A stretch of DNA of 64,000 nucleotides, from assembly GCA_024679065.1 (NCBI GenBank), contig JAGIQG010000036.1:12648001-12712000 (forward strand), given 5' to 3'. Of this stretch, positions 1 to 10,815 are shown piece after piece. Position numbers and translations under genes: made by a program. The notes under the pieces were generated by a model that saw only the letters and a program-made list of their open reading frames with translations, ran no database searches and had not been told where the DNA came from. Numbering within the stretch: the first letter of the stretch is position 1; each line of letters starts with the position of its first letter. Source of the stretch: Sphyrna mokarran. Its lineage: Eukaryota.

Positions 1-760
1 GGACGTTAAAATGCTACAAAGGAGATAGATACATTAGGTGAATGGGCATTAGAACATTTTGTCTAAATGACGAGAGATTGCAGAGTCCTGAGGTGCAGAT
101 AGGACCCCGCGCATGAATTACCAAAGGTTAGCACAAAGATACAGGGAGCGATTATAAAAGTTAAAAGGTTGTATCAATTAATCTGAGGGGAATTGCTCAC
201 AAAATGAGGCGATTAATTGTACAAGGCACTAGTCAGATCATATCTGGGGCATTGGGTATAGTATTGGACTTCTTCTGTAAGGAAAGGTGTAAATGCGTTA
301 GAAAGAATTCAGAGACTAACACCAGGAATGGCTGTGTTGACTTATGGGGAAAATTTGACGAGGTTGGATTTGCAGCAACTGGCGTTCAGAAGATTAAGAA
401 GTGACTTGAACAAAACCTTTAAAACCCTGAAGCATTTTGACAGAGTTGGTGCAAAGAGGATGTCTCACCTAGTGGGAGAATTTGGAACTGGGGTCACTCA
501 TTTAAGACAGAAGAATAGTATCTTTCACTTAGAGGGTAAAGAGTTTCTGGAAATCGCTTCCTCAAAAGGCAATGGAAGCAGAGTCGTTGAATACTTTAGT
601 GCTGATCTATATAGATTATTGATTAACAAGAGAGTGAATTGTTATTAGTGCAGGTAAGAATGTGGGATTGAAATTACAATTAGGTCATCCATGATCTTAT
701 TGGATGGTAGAGCAGATTCTAAGTCCGTGTGGCCTATTTCTGCATTTAATTTGTATGTAT
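1..760 (+). mobile_element. Degenerate CR1-type LINE 3' fragment
   Basis: Decayed ORF2 C-terminal motifs (..RRLRSDL..FK.LK.FDRV..) and a CR1-like 3' UTR. Confidence 0.75.
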
Positions 761-1807
761 ATTGCGCCCTTGACAAAGCATACAGACTGTATGAGATAGT
801 TCCAAGATGCTAAGGAAATTTTACATATTCAAATTTCAGAGATACTGACTATATTCTTTTAGTTCTCTTTAGACTCAACGTGGTGCCAGAAGACAGAAAA
901 TATCTATCCAACATGTCGTGAAAATGTACAAGCATAATCATATGGATTTGGTTGTGCTAAATAATACATGGAATTAACAATAGAACAAAATGGAAAAAGT
1001 TGGAAGGGGAATGACATAAGAAGAATGTCCAGTTCTTTCAAGATGTCGGGCACGGGATCAATGGGCTGAATAGTCCTCGGTGATCCCATAATCTGTTATG
1101 CCACGTTAAATGGCCCCGTGTTTCAAAACAGAGCCAAGCTAAATTATACATTGTGCTGAACTCTTGGATGCTTTGCAAATTCTTCAAAAGACACATAGAT
1201 TGCTGAAGAAGCTGGGTAACAGTTTTCAACAAAAGTTTAAAGGGCTGACAGGTGTCAGTTGTGTAACCAGATTGTATCTGAATAGATGTCGCCATTTTGC
1301 ACACTGAATCATCCTTGACATTTTTAAGGTGTGGCGATGGGGGTGGCCTGGGTGGGGTTGGGGTGGGGGGAGCTGCGGAGGGGTGTGGTGAAAATAAGGG
1401 GAAATTTGAAAGAGATTCCGGAGATCATGAAACGCTTTGATAATGTAAGTAATGACTGTGCAGAAGCTGATAGGATTGCCGTTAGGCATGGAACATTGAC
1501 TTAAGGTAAATGGCAAAAGGAAAACGGAAAGAGAGTATGGGAATATCGGAGCAGAAGTAGGCCATTCCTGTCCTCGAGTCCGCCTTCCCATTCAACTATT
1601 TAATGACCGTCCTTCTTCGGACCATTTTCCCCGGACTATATCCATATCACATGATCAGTAGAGGAGTAAATGACTAGTGAGCCAATTGTTTCATCTGGAG
1701 TAGCACTGGAGTAAGGACAGCGACAACAAATTCGTCCGTAATTTTTAAAATATACCTGGAAAACATATGAAGCTAATTTCTTTGTATGGTTTGCAACGAG
1801 GTCAGGG

Positions 1808-2100
1808 AAGGAATGGTAGCACCCTGGTTAGCATTGCTGCCTTATAGCGTCCGATTCCCGGCTTCGGTCACCGTTTTGGCTGAGTTCATACGCTCTCCCC
1901 GTGTCTGCTTGGGTATCCTCAGAGTGCTCCGGTTTCCTCTCAGAGGCCGAAAGGCGTACTGGTTATTGCATCGGTCGTGCTAATTTTTCCCTCAGTGCTC
2001 CCGGGCAGGTGCAAAAGTGCAGGGACCACGGGATTTCCACAGTAACTTCATAGCAGTGTTAATGGAAGCTTACTTGTGACACTAATAAATAAAACAATAA
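1808..2100 (+). mobile_element. tRNA-derived V-SINE (HE1-like)
   Basis: GGTAGCACCCTGGTTAGCATTGCTGCC head, V-core CTCCCCGTGTCTGC..GTGCTCCGGTTTCCTC, A-rich tail. Confidence 0.75.
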
Positions 2101-2344
2101 AGATTTTGAATTCATCAGTAAGCTCTGTGAGAAAGAAAAAAAATTGGCACTATGAACTGAGTGCTCCTCTTCTGAGTTCTATCAGTTTATAATACTATAG
2201 TAATAAGTGCATGACTTGTCTCATAAAGTGCACAGAATGGATATTGCCAAAAGTGGTATTTCAAATAATCAATAATATATTAGAAATTCTAAAAAAAGGA
2301 AAGAATGACATAGAGCCAAAGACAGAACCTCATATGAATGAAAG

Positions 2345-2665
2345 CGAAACAGCCATAGAATTCTACAGTGCGGAAGGAGACCATTCGGACCATCGAGTCG
2401 ACATAAGCCAACGTCACACCCCGGCCCTATCCCCATAACCTCATGCATTTACCCTAGCTAGTCCCGTGACACAAAAGACAATTTAGCGTGGCCAATCCAC
2501 CTAACCTATACATCCTTGGACTGTGGGAGGAAACTGCAGCACTCGAAGGAAACCCACGCAGACAAGCGAATAATGTGCAATCTCTGCAAAGACAGTGACC
2601 CAAGCCAGGAATCAAACGCGGGTCCCTGGTGCTGTGAGGTGCTAATCACTGTGGTACCATGCCAC
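2345..2665 (-). mobile_element. tRNA-derived V-SINE (HE1-like)
   Basis: Reverse complement of the V-SINE core (GGACTGTGGGAGGAAAC..GGAAACCCACGCAGAC) and tRNA head. Confidence 0.8.
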
Positions 2666-2741
2666 CTGTCAAGTTTAATAAAATAGGTAAACAAGATTTG
2701 TATTATTTCTTTAAATGTTGGAATGGCGTTTAGTGTATAGT

Positions 2742-2945
2742 TAGATAATAGCTATAGATAGATAACAGCTATAGATTATAGCGATAGATAGACTGATAGA
2801 CATAAATAGATAGACAGATAGGTAGACAGACAGATAGATAGATAGACAGATAGATAGATAGACAGACAGATAGAGAGATAAATAGATAAATAGACAAATA
2901 GAGAAAGCGGGAGAGACAAATAGACAGACAGACGAACAACCAGAC
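2742..2945. repeat. (GATA/GACA)n microsatellite
   Basis: Direct inspection. Confidence 0.9.
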
Positions 2946-3043
2946 AACAGGAGGACAGCGAAAAAAATAAATATATCTCCTATTTGGTTTTAGGATCCAT
3001 TTTGGGTTTTTGCTGAGCTCTTCCATATCTGTGAGTTACTGTG

Positions 3044-3864
3044 TAACTCCAGGCGCAGTAATATACGGCAGAGTGATTGGCCCACAGGCTAGAGGACTCA
3101 AGGTAAAAGTGGGTGTTGTTGGGTTGTCTAGCCGTGAAGCCGGCCGCCGCCCCGGAGGCAGTGATCTTTCCAGCATATGAATAGAAGAGGTTCTGTGGCT
3201 CACGGCCAGGATGCCATCGATACCAGTAGAAAGCACTGTTAGCAACTGCTTTTGCGTAAATGCATTCGATGCTGATTGGTGTGGCCGGGGAACTGGATAT
3301 GTAAGCTGGAGTCTGTTGGACCAGCACCGCCGCGACATCTGTAAACCAGAATGAAAAAGCAATAATGTTAGCATTGAGGGGGAAAATAACACGAGAAGGG
3401 AGGCGAGGATGAGAGCGGAAGAATAAGGTAGTGATATGTGGCCAAAGAGTGAAAATCAGGAAAAGAGAGGGGAGATTGAGGGAAGCAAGACAACTGGAGA
3501 CAGAGAGAATAAATAAAAGACAATCGATTCGTTATAAATGAGCTAGAGTGATATAAAGAGAGAGAGGAAACGCACAGGGGCGCTGAAAGACAATCGCACG
3601 AAGGAAGAGGTTAACTAAAGAAGGGAACGAGGGAGACAGGTCGTAAGACGGGGGAACAGAGTGACATAGAGGGAAAAGCAAAGTGACAAAAAGATACAGA
3701 GTCAATAAACAGAGTGAATTTACACGTTGAAACTGAGTGAACAGTGGATTAATCCCTATTCGGAACACACAGGTAATAACAGTAAGCATCACTGATAACT
3801 CGGAGGCCAGTTTCATCTTACCCGGTAACAAGAGCAAGAGAACCCAGAGCTGAGACCCATACAT
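3044..3864 (-). CDS. TRBV: TCR beta V gene V1 (CAWS/TRBV30-related family), inverted relative to D-J-C
   Basis: Leader exon 3864-3822 (MYGSQLWVLLLLLP, GT donor). V exon 3338-3044 DVAAVLVQQTP..IEC..FYWYRWH..YYCAWS. 23-RSS on minus strand: CACAGTA (3043-3037), 23 bp spacer, GCAAAAACC (3013-3005). Confidence 0.95.
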
Positions 3865-4871
3865 CTTTAAAGTGTGTTTAACTGCGCGATTTCTCAAATT
3901 TTGGGCAGCGAGTGAGAATCTGTCCTCCTTCAAGCTGTTCGACGTCGAAGTGCAAGGGGCCAATTTCTTATTGGTGGTTGGCTCCTAGATGTCATTTCCG
4001 GGATGTAGAAAATGCGTGATCTAGATATTTACTTTTCGCTGTACAACAGCGGATTCTGAAGTTACTTAAAACGTGCAGTTAGTTCAAGTTGATCTGAATC
4101 ATTCGCTAGCTTCTCAATAAGTGGCGAACTTTAATCTGAATCCAGCAAGCCTAACGCTGTTTATCCCCACTGCTATTGCAGTCACTTCTGTGTCTGAGTC
4201 GATCTGACTGCATAGTGGATATGTTTCCCGTGTAGTGATATGGGAGAGTAGGCCAATAATCTACGGCAGCGAGTTAGCTACCTATCCTGGCCGCCAACTG
4301 AATCAAATGTACAATAAAAAGAGGATATTAGTATTAGTGTCAATGAAACTATCGGTTTATGGTAAAACCAAACTAATTCATTGATGTCGAGAAGGCGAGC
4401 AAATTTGCTATCTGCACCCTGCCTTGCCTCCAGCGTGATTCCGGATCAGGCCAATGTGATTGACCAGTTCTCCTCTGGCATTATCTAGCCAACCTTTTAG
4501 TTGTCAAAAAAGCCATGAATTTCTCAACCGCTGTTGAAGATGGACAATTTTTTTTTTGAACTTGCTACTGACGCCAGCATCCTGTGAATTTAAGGAAGGT
4601 GTTTGCCTTTTCATTGTCCCCTCCCTAGTTGCATGCAGAGAGAGAGAAAGACAGATACAATTTAAGAGAGGGCGAAGCAGTGAGGCATGGAGAGAAAGAG
4701 ATTTACACTCAAACTCAATTTTGATTGGTTCAACTGGACGAGGGGCAAGACCGACATTACAGTGCGGACTTCTGGGCTTCTTATTCTTTCCACTGATGTT
4801 AGAAGAGCAGGTTGGTTGCTCCCAACACTCATCAACTTAAAAGTTAACTGATCAAAGGAATACTTTAAAAG

Positions 4872-5462
4872 ATGCATCTTTTGCTGGCTCTGATGATGCT
4901 GCTTCAATGTAAGTGAAACAATAAGTATATCTAATAATAAGAACATAAGAAATAGGAGCATGAGTAGGCCATCTAACCCTTCGAGCCTACCATTCGACAA
5001 AATCATGGCTATGAAGTGGATCAGTTCCACTTTCCCGCTTTCTCCCCATAACCCTTAAGTCTATAATATTCGTTAATGATATTTTTCTTGCATTTTTCAT
5101 TCCGCCAATCTTTTTCCCAAATCTCTTTGTTTATTGACCTCTCTTTCGCTCTATCTCTCCCAGACGTGAACATGCAAGTTATTCACCAGATTCCCGTTGT
5201 GGTATCAAAATTTCACGGGGATGCATTGGAACTGGCGTGTACCGTGGAGGGAAGCAGTAGCACTCTCAACCTGTACTGGTACAGACAATACCCAGGGAAA
5301 GGACTGCAGTTGATGTTTTACTCCATGCAGGTAGACCGCGTGCTCTCAGAGGAGTGGGCCCACGGTTTCAGCGCCAAACGAGCAAGTAAATATGAGTTCA
5401 GTCTGTCATCTCCCAGCCTGAGGGTGAATCATTCTGCCGTGTATTACTGCGCCTGGAGTCTT
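4872..5462 (+). CDS. TRBV: TCR beta V gene V2, TRBV30-like
   Basis: Leader 4872-4908 (MHLLLALMMLLQ, GTAAGT donor). V exon 5164-5462 ..VIHQIP..LELACTVEGSSSTLNLYWYRQYPGKGLQLMFYS..YYCAWSL. Consensus RSS CACAGTG (5463-5469), 23 bp, ACAAAAACC (5493-5501). Confidence 0.96.
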
Positions 5463-5964
5463 CACAGTGACTCAGAGAGATGGAACAGTTCAACAAAAAC
5501 CTTAAAAATAACAAGAAAGAATTGTGCAAGATATAATCAGGGAATGCTCTTTCTAGAGGCGTTCAATTTGGAGAGCGAAAACATTTTGAAGAGAACATTG
5601 GCCGCATTAGAATAGAAAGTGACAGATTAGCAATCGTGAACTGAACGAAATTAAAGGGTAATTGACAAGAACTAATCTGAAGTGAGTTTTATCTCTATCT
5701 GTAGTGATAAACAGACTTGGGCTCCTGTGGCAGTGCTGTGCTTTTAAGAAATGTATTTTAAGTATGTTTCTCTCAGGTTCTGGAATTTTGTTGGCACCGT
5801 GTTCTCTGTAACTGGTATCCATTATTGCTGCCGAGGCACAATGAATGATGACCTGAAGATTGATAATTTATGGATTTTAATCTGGATTAAGGCAAGATTC
5901 TGGGGTTTAATAATCCTTTGGAGATTGATGAATGAAGTTTGATTATAGATGATTGGCCAGTCAC

Positions 5965-7220
5965 GTGATATACCTTAAGACACCTTTTCTCAGTTGCTGC
6001 CAGAAGCTGGTGGAAGAAGGCAGTGTCACTAACTGTCTCTCTTTTTCCCTCCCTTCCCTCCCTCTCTCTCTCTCTCTCGCCCCCCCGCCTCTCTCTCTCT
6101 CTTCTGCAGATGCTTTTTGAGAATTTCCAGGACTAGGAAGACTGGGAGATTTTATCCAATGTTCAGAGGGACCAACTCACAGCACACGTGAACAGCTGAA
6201 GATCCAGCATCACGTCAGCATACTTGTTTCTGTGCCAAGTCTGAAGAAGGATGTGTCTATGGGATAGTACTTAATACGGAACAGAAGAGCTAGTTAGCTT
6301 TTAGGAGTTATATTATGTTCTGTCAATACTTGTAATTGGTAAAAGTTATGTTTAATCCTTTTGTTTTATTTTAATTGCTTTCATAAAGAACTGAGGTCTA
6401 CATAGATTGGAAATGGAAAGGATGTTTCCAATAGTGGGAGAGACTAGAACTCGAGGACACAACCTCAGAGCGAAGGGACGCTCCTTCAAAACTGAGACGA
6501 GGACGCATTTATTCAGCCAGATTGTGGTGAATTTGTGGAATTCGTCGCCACAGAGTGCTGTGGAGGTCATGCCTTTGGATGTCTTTAAGACAGAGATAGA
6601 TAGATTCTTGATCAGTAAGGGGATTAAGTGATACGGAAAGAAGCAGGAGCAGTGGGATGAGAATTATATCAGCAATGATTGAATGGCGGAGCTGATTCAA
6701 AGGTCCAAATGGTCTACTTCTGCTTCTATACTGTGTGCTCTTATGGTCTTATAATAGGAAGCAGGATGGCTCAGCGGGTGACATTGCTGCTTCATAGCAA
6801 CAGGAAGGTTCAACTGCGGCCTCGGTTGACTATGTTGAGTTTCTATGTTCTCCCTGCCCTCCAAGGGTTTCTCCAGGTGCTCTGATTTCCTCTCACACTC
6901 CAAAGATATGAGGGTTAGGTTGATTGGTCATGATAAATTGCCCCTTAGTATCAGGAGACTAGGAGCCAAGAAGCCTAAATACGTGGGGTTACAGGGATAG
7001 GGCCTGGATGGAATTGTTGTCGCTGCAGGATCAATGGGTTGAATAGCCTCCTTCTGCACAGTATGGGCTCTATAAACTTTCTTAAAACCCCCTAGTGGGT
7101 GACTTGAATCATACCTGGAGCGTCACACCTTATGCACACCCATGCCAAAACCAAAGATAAAACTTAGGGTCTACATTAACATCATAAAACAGCTTGGAGT
7201 TTCTGTATTTGGTCCTAACA
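5965..7220 (+). mobile_element. Probable solo LTR with nested CR1 3' fragment (~6385-6750) and V-SINE (~6762-7075)
   Basis: The GGGTGACTTGAATCATACCTGGAG block is shared (reverse complement) with the ~20080 and ~55470 elements. CR1 motifs RMFPIVGETRTRGHNLR..VVNLWNS. Confidence 0.55.
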
Positions 7221-7454
7221 GTCCTTACCAAGAAAGAAAAGGCTAAGAGATGCCAATTACAATACTAGCACCGTTGGATGTGACAGACGTGCAAAGAAAA
7301 TGTTCATGGAAAACAACAGTAACTATAAAACAAGTGAGTAAATGATATCAAGAAGAAAGAAAGAAAGGAAGGAGGAAGGGAACAAATAAAGGAAGAAAGC
7401 ATCAGAGAAAAAGAAAACAAGAAAGAAAGAATGAAAGACAGGAACATATAGGTA

Positions 7455-7742
7455 GATTGATAGATAGATGGATGGATGGATGGACAGAGAGACGGACGAA
7501 CAGACGGACGGGTGGATGGACAAAGCGATGTACAGAAGGATGGATGGATGAGGAGACGGATGTGTGGAGGGATGGGCAGATGGATGGATGGATGGATGTT
7601 GGATGGATGGATGGACGGAAGGATAGATGGATGGATGGAAGTAAGGAAGCAAGGAAGGAAGAAAGGAAGGAGGAATGTGTAGGTGGATGGATGGGTGGGT
7701 GGGTGGAATGGTGGATGGGTGGTTGGACGGACGGACGGATGA
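7455..7742. repeat. (GGAT/GGAC)n microsatellite
   Basis: Direct inspection; explains the low-complexity ORFs at 7304-7960. Confidence 0.9.
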
Positions 7743-8639
7743 AAGGAGAAATCATGGCTTATGATGCTTTGACAATATGCACAAAGACAAGGACAACAGT
7801 GGTTGATTTTGGGTGATGAAGCACAAGAGCATCGAAGGAAAGTTGATTCAGAAGACAGGGATAGAGAAGGGCCATTCAACCCCTCATGATTGTTACATAA
7901 GAACAGGACGAGGCCAGGCCAGCCCCTCATGACTGTTACGCAAGACAGGAGGAGTACCATTTAGTCTCCTCGACTCTGTCAGACGAGGACATGAGCGAGC
8001 CATTCAACCAACTCAAGCCTCTTATACAACAAGAAGACGAGGGCCATCCTGCCGCTCAGGCATTTACACCTCAATAGCAAGATTTTCATTCAAGCCATTC
8101 GATTCTGTTCCATTGGCAGGGGAGAAGGCCGTTCTATAGCCTATTTTATAGAACAGGGGCGGGGCATTCAACCACTCCCGAGTCCTTATAAAGGAACAGA
8201 GACATGTCATGAAAATCCAAGAGCCTATTATCTAGAAATTTGTGGAGACTATTTTGTTAACTAGAGTTAAGGTGTAATACCTAGTTAAATGCTTTTAAAA
8301 AATTATGAAGATTTGAGATTCACAGTAAAGTTGAATTAACAGATTCAACTGTTATTTTTATTCAGGACGTCTTTATTATGTAGCTTTGACCTTCCCTTTC
8401 TCTGCATGTTACTCGGCAGTCCATTAATCAACCTGAGTTTCTGTATTCCAAACGGTCATTGAGACTCGGAGGAAGGTTTTCAACTCAGCAGGAATCTAGC
8501 TGGTGATAGGAATATGCCCTTCGGTAAACTCAGATGGATTAATGCACTTCTAAGTAGCATACAGAAAAGGAGAAAGTCAGAACTACAGAATAAATAAGTT
8601 CTGAATAAAAATAACAGTTGAAACTGCTAATTCAAAACA

Positions 8640-9200
8640 ATGAAAACGCTCCATGGTAACGCATTCCACATCCTAAGCTCTCGCCACTTACGGTGGGCTG
8701 TCCTCAAGTCATCCTTGGTATTTTTGCCATTCACCTTAAATCTTATTCTCGATTCTGCCGCCAGCAGAATCAGTCTTTCTCTGACTCCATCTTTTAGACG
8801 CCTCATGATTTTTAACACCAAATGTATCTCAAGCTCACCTTCTCTAAAAAGCACAGTTCCAGTTTCCCCAATCAATACATATAACCGATGTCCTATATTT
8901 CCAGAATCTTTTTGTGCAAACCTTTCACGCAGTATTGTCTTTCATATCCTTCCAAAAACTCCAACTGAGACAGAAGTAATGTTTTGCAGTGGTTTAACAT
9001 ACTCTCCATGCTCTTGCACTCTACCTCTGTTTGTAGAGCCAACGATTCCTTATGCCTTGTCAACTAGTTTTTCAGGCAGACCTAATGCGGTTTTTTGAAC
9101 AGATACCTCAGGTCACTGAACTCGTTATAAGTTAGCAACCTTATTTCGATTGTTCCGCTTATTCTTCCAACAAAATGCATCGATTCACATCCCTTCTGAT
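8640..9200 (-). mobile_element. Degenerate CR1 LINE fragment
   Basis: Minus-strand ..LKIMRRL..MWNALP CR1 ORF2-end motifs. Confidence 0.6.
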
Positions 9201-9559
9201 ACGAAAAACATCGGTAAGGTTAACTAGTAGTAAAATGTTTTGAACCGAATCCAGATGCTAGGATTGGGGGGAAAAAAATTACGATATCATCAAAATTGGT
9301 GAATTCAATCGTTAAGGCGCAATATTCTAAGATGATACAGTCAATCTAACAACTCTCTGTCTAACTCCGTGTTACAGTCTGCAAAACCATTGAATTAATC
9401 TATTGAAGGCCAGAATATGAAAAGTTTTGATTAAAGACACACAAACATGAAGAAAAAAATTCGATTTCTGAGCCAGAAAAGGGCGAACAGTACAAGCTAA
9501 CTACAGAAATGACATCAGTCGCTTCTTGTCAAGGTACATAAGGAGTTTGACGCACTGTG

Positions 9560-10331
9560 CTCCATCAAATGCAGCGCAGTAATAAGTCGCTGTGTCACTG
9601 GGGTCTACAGACGGAATTTTCAGAATGCACTTTTTGAGATTGGCTCTAACCACCTCAAATCTCATCTCCATCCCTGCCTCGAAAGTCGGTGTGCTTCCAG
9701 ATACATCTGTTACCAGAAGTTGGAGACCCTGGCCGGAGTATTGGCGGTACCAGAGCATCGTGATGTAATCGGAGTCCTCCTGTTGACAGGTCAATGTTGT
9801 GTTGCTCCCTCGTCCCGCAGTTACTTCCCTGGGAACCTGAGACACTGAGGCACATCGACATTGATCTGAAGTGAGAAACCAGATAGAGGAATCGGTTAAC
9901 GCAGCAACATCAGGGAAACGTTTGGATAACTAACACTCCTGTATATCTTAGTACATTTTCTAATTATTAAGAGATTAAAGATCATATACGACATGAAGGA
10001 AACAATTGGCCCGAAGTGTGTTTGTGACAGTTCTTTGGAGGTACGATCCAATCAACCCAAATGCCCGATGGTGTAAATTTAGATTTAAACGTAATGTTTT
10101 AGAATTAGGAAATGGAAAAAGTGGCTCTGTAGAATAATTGTTTGTTCCATGAACAAACAACGGATAAAAAACTAAACGTCGCTCCAAATATGAAAGAAAA
10201 TAAATGAGTTTAATTATGTTGCATATAGATGATTGTTTTAATTTGATAAGGAAATTAAATTTAACAGCGATTTGAAGTAACTTACATGGCATGAGCAATA
10301 CAGAGGCAAAGAGCAGGAGATTCAGGCCCAT
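9560..10331 (-). CDS. TRBV: TCR beta V gene V3 (distinct family, CAAF end), inverted
   Basis: Leader 10331-10286 (MGLNLLLFASVLLMP). V exon 9865-9560 ..VSQVP..TLTCQQ..MLWYRQYSGQGLQLL..DTATYYCAAFDG. RSS CACAGTG (9559-9553), 23 bp, ACAAGAAGC (9529-9521). Confidence 0.94.
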
Positions 10332-10519
10332 CTTCTGGGGAATAGAAAATTGTGTTTAGCAGAGGAGCAGTGGAAGTGAAATGTGCAGCCTATTGTTGAA
10401 GCGATTTGGGAAAGGTGTAATAGGTGAGCTGGAAATGATGTCACGGATATTACGGACCTCGCTATCTGCAAGCTCGGGACGGAAGCGAGTTATTCTGCTC
10501 TGAATATCTGTTGTGAATC

Positions 10520-10815
10520 GGCGGCACGGTGGCACAGTGGTTAGTACTGCTGCCTCACAGTGCCAGAGGCCCGCGATTCCATTCTTGGGCCACTGTCTGT
10601 GGAGTTTACACGTTCTCCCCGCGTTTGTGGAGGTTTCCTCCGGGTGCCCCGGTTTCCTCCCACAGTCCAAAGATGTGCAGGTTAGGTGAATAGGCTATGC
10701 TGAATTCTCCCTCAGAGTACACAAACAGACGCCGAAGTGTGGCGACTAAGGGATTTTCACAGTAACTTATTGCAGGGTGGATGTAAGCCTACTTGTAACA
10801 CTAATAATTAAACTT
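10520..10815 (+). mobile_element. tRNA-derived V-SINE
   Basis: GGCGGCACGGTGGCACAGTGGTTAGTACTGCTGCCTCACAG head plus V-core. Confidence 0.88.

Noticed and set aside
7304-7960. 218-aa ORF and overlapping ORFs
   Set aside because: Translation of a GGAT/GAAA microsatellite; the same applies to ORFs over CT-rich V introns and 60949-61565.
10520-10600. tRNA-like sequences (also ~26000, ~29030, ~44700)
   Set aside because: They are SINE heads continuing into the V-SINE core, not tRNA genes.
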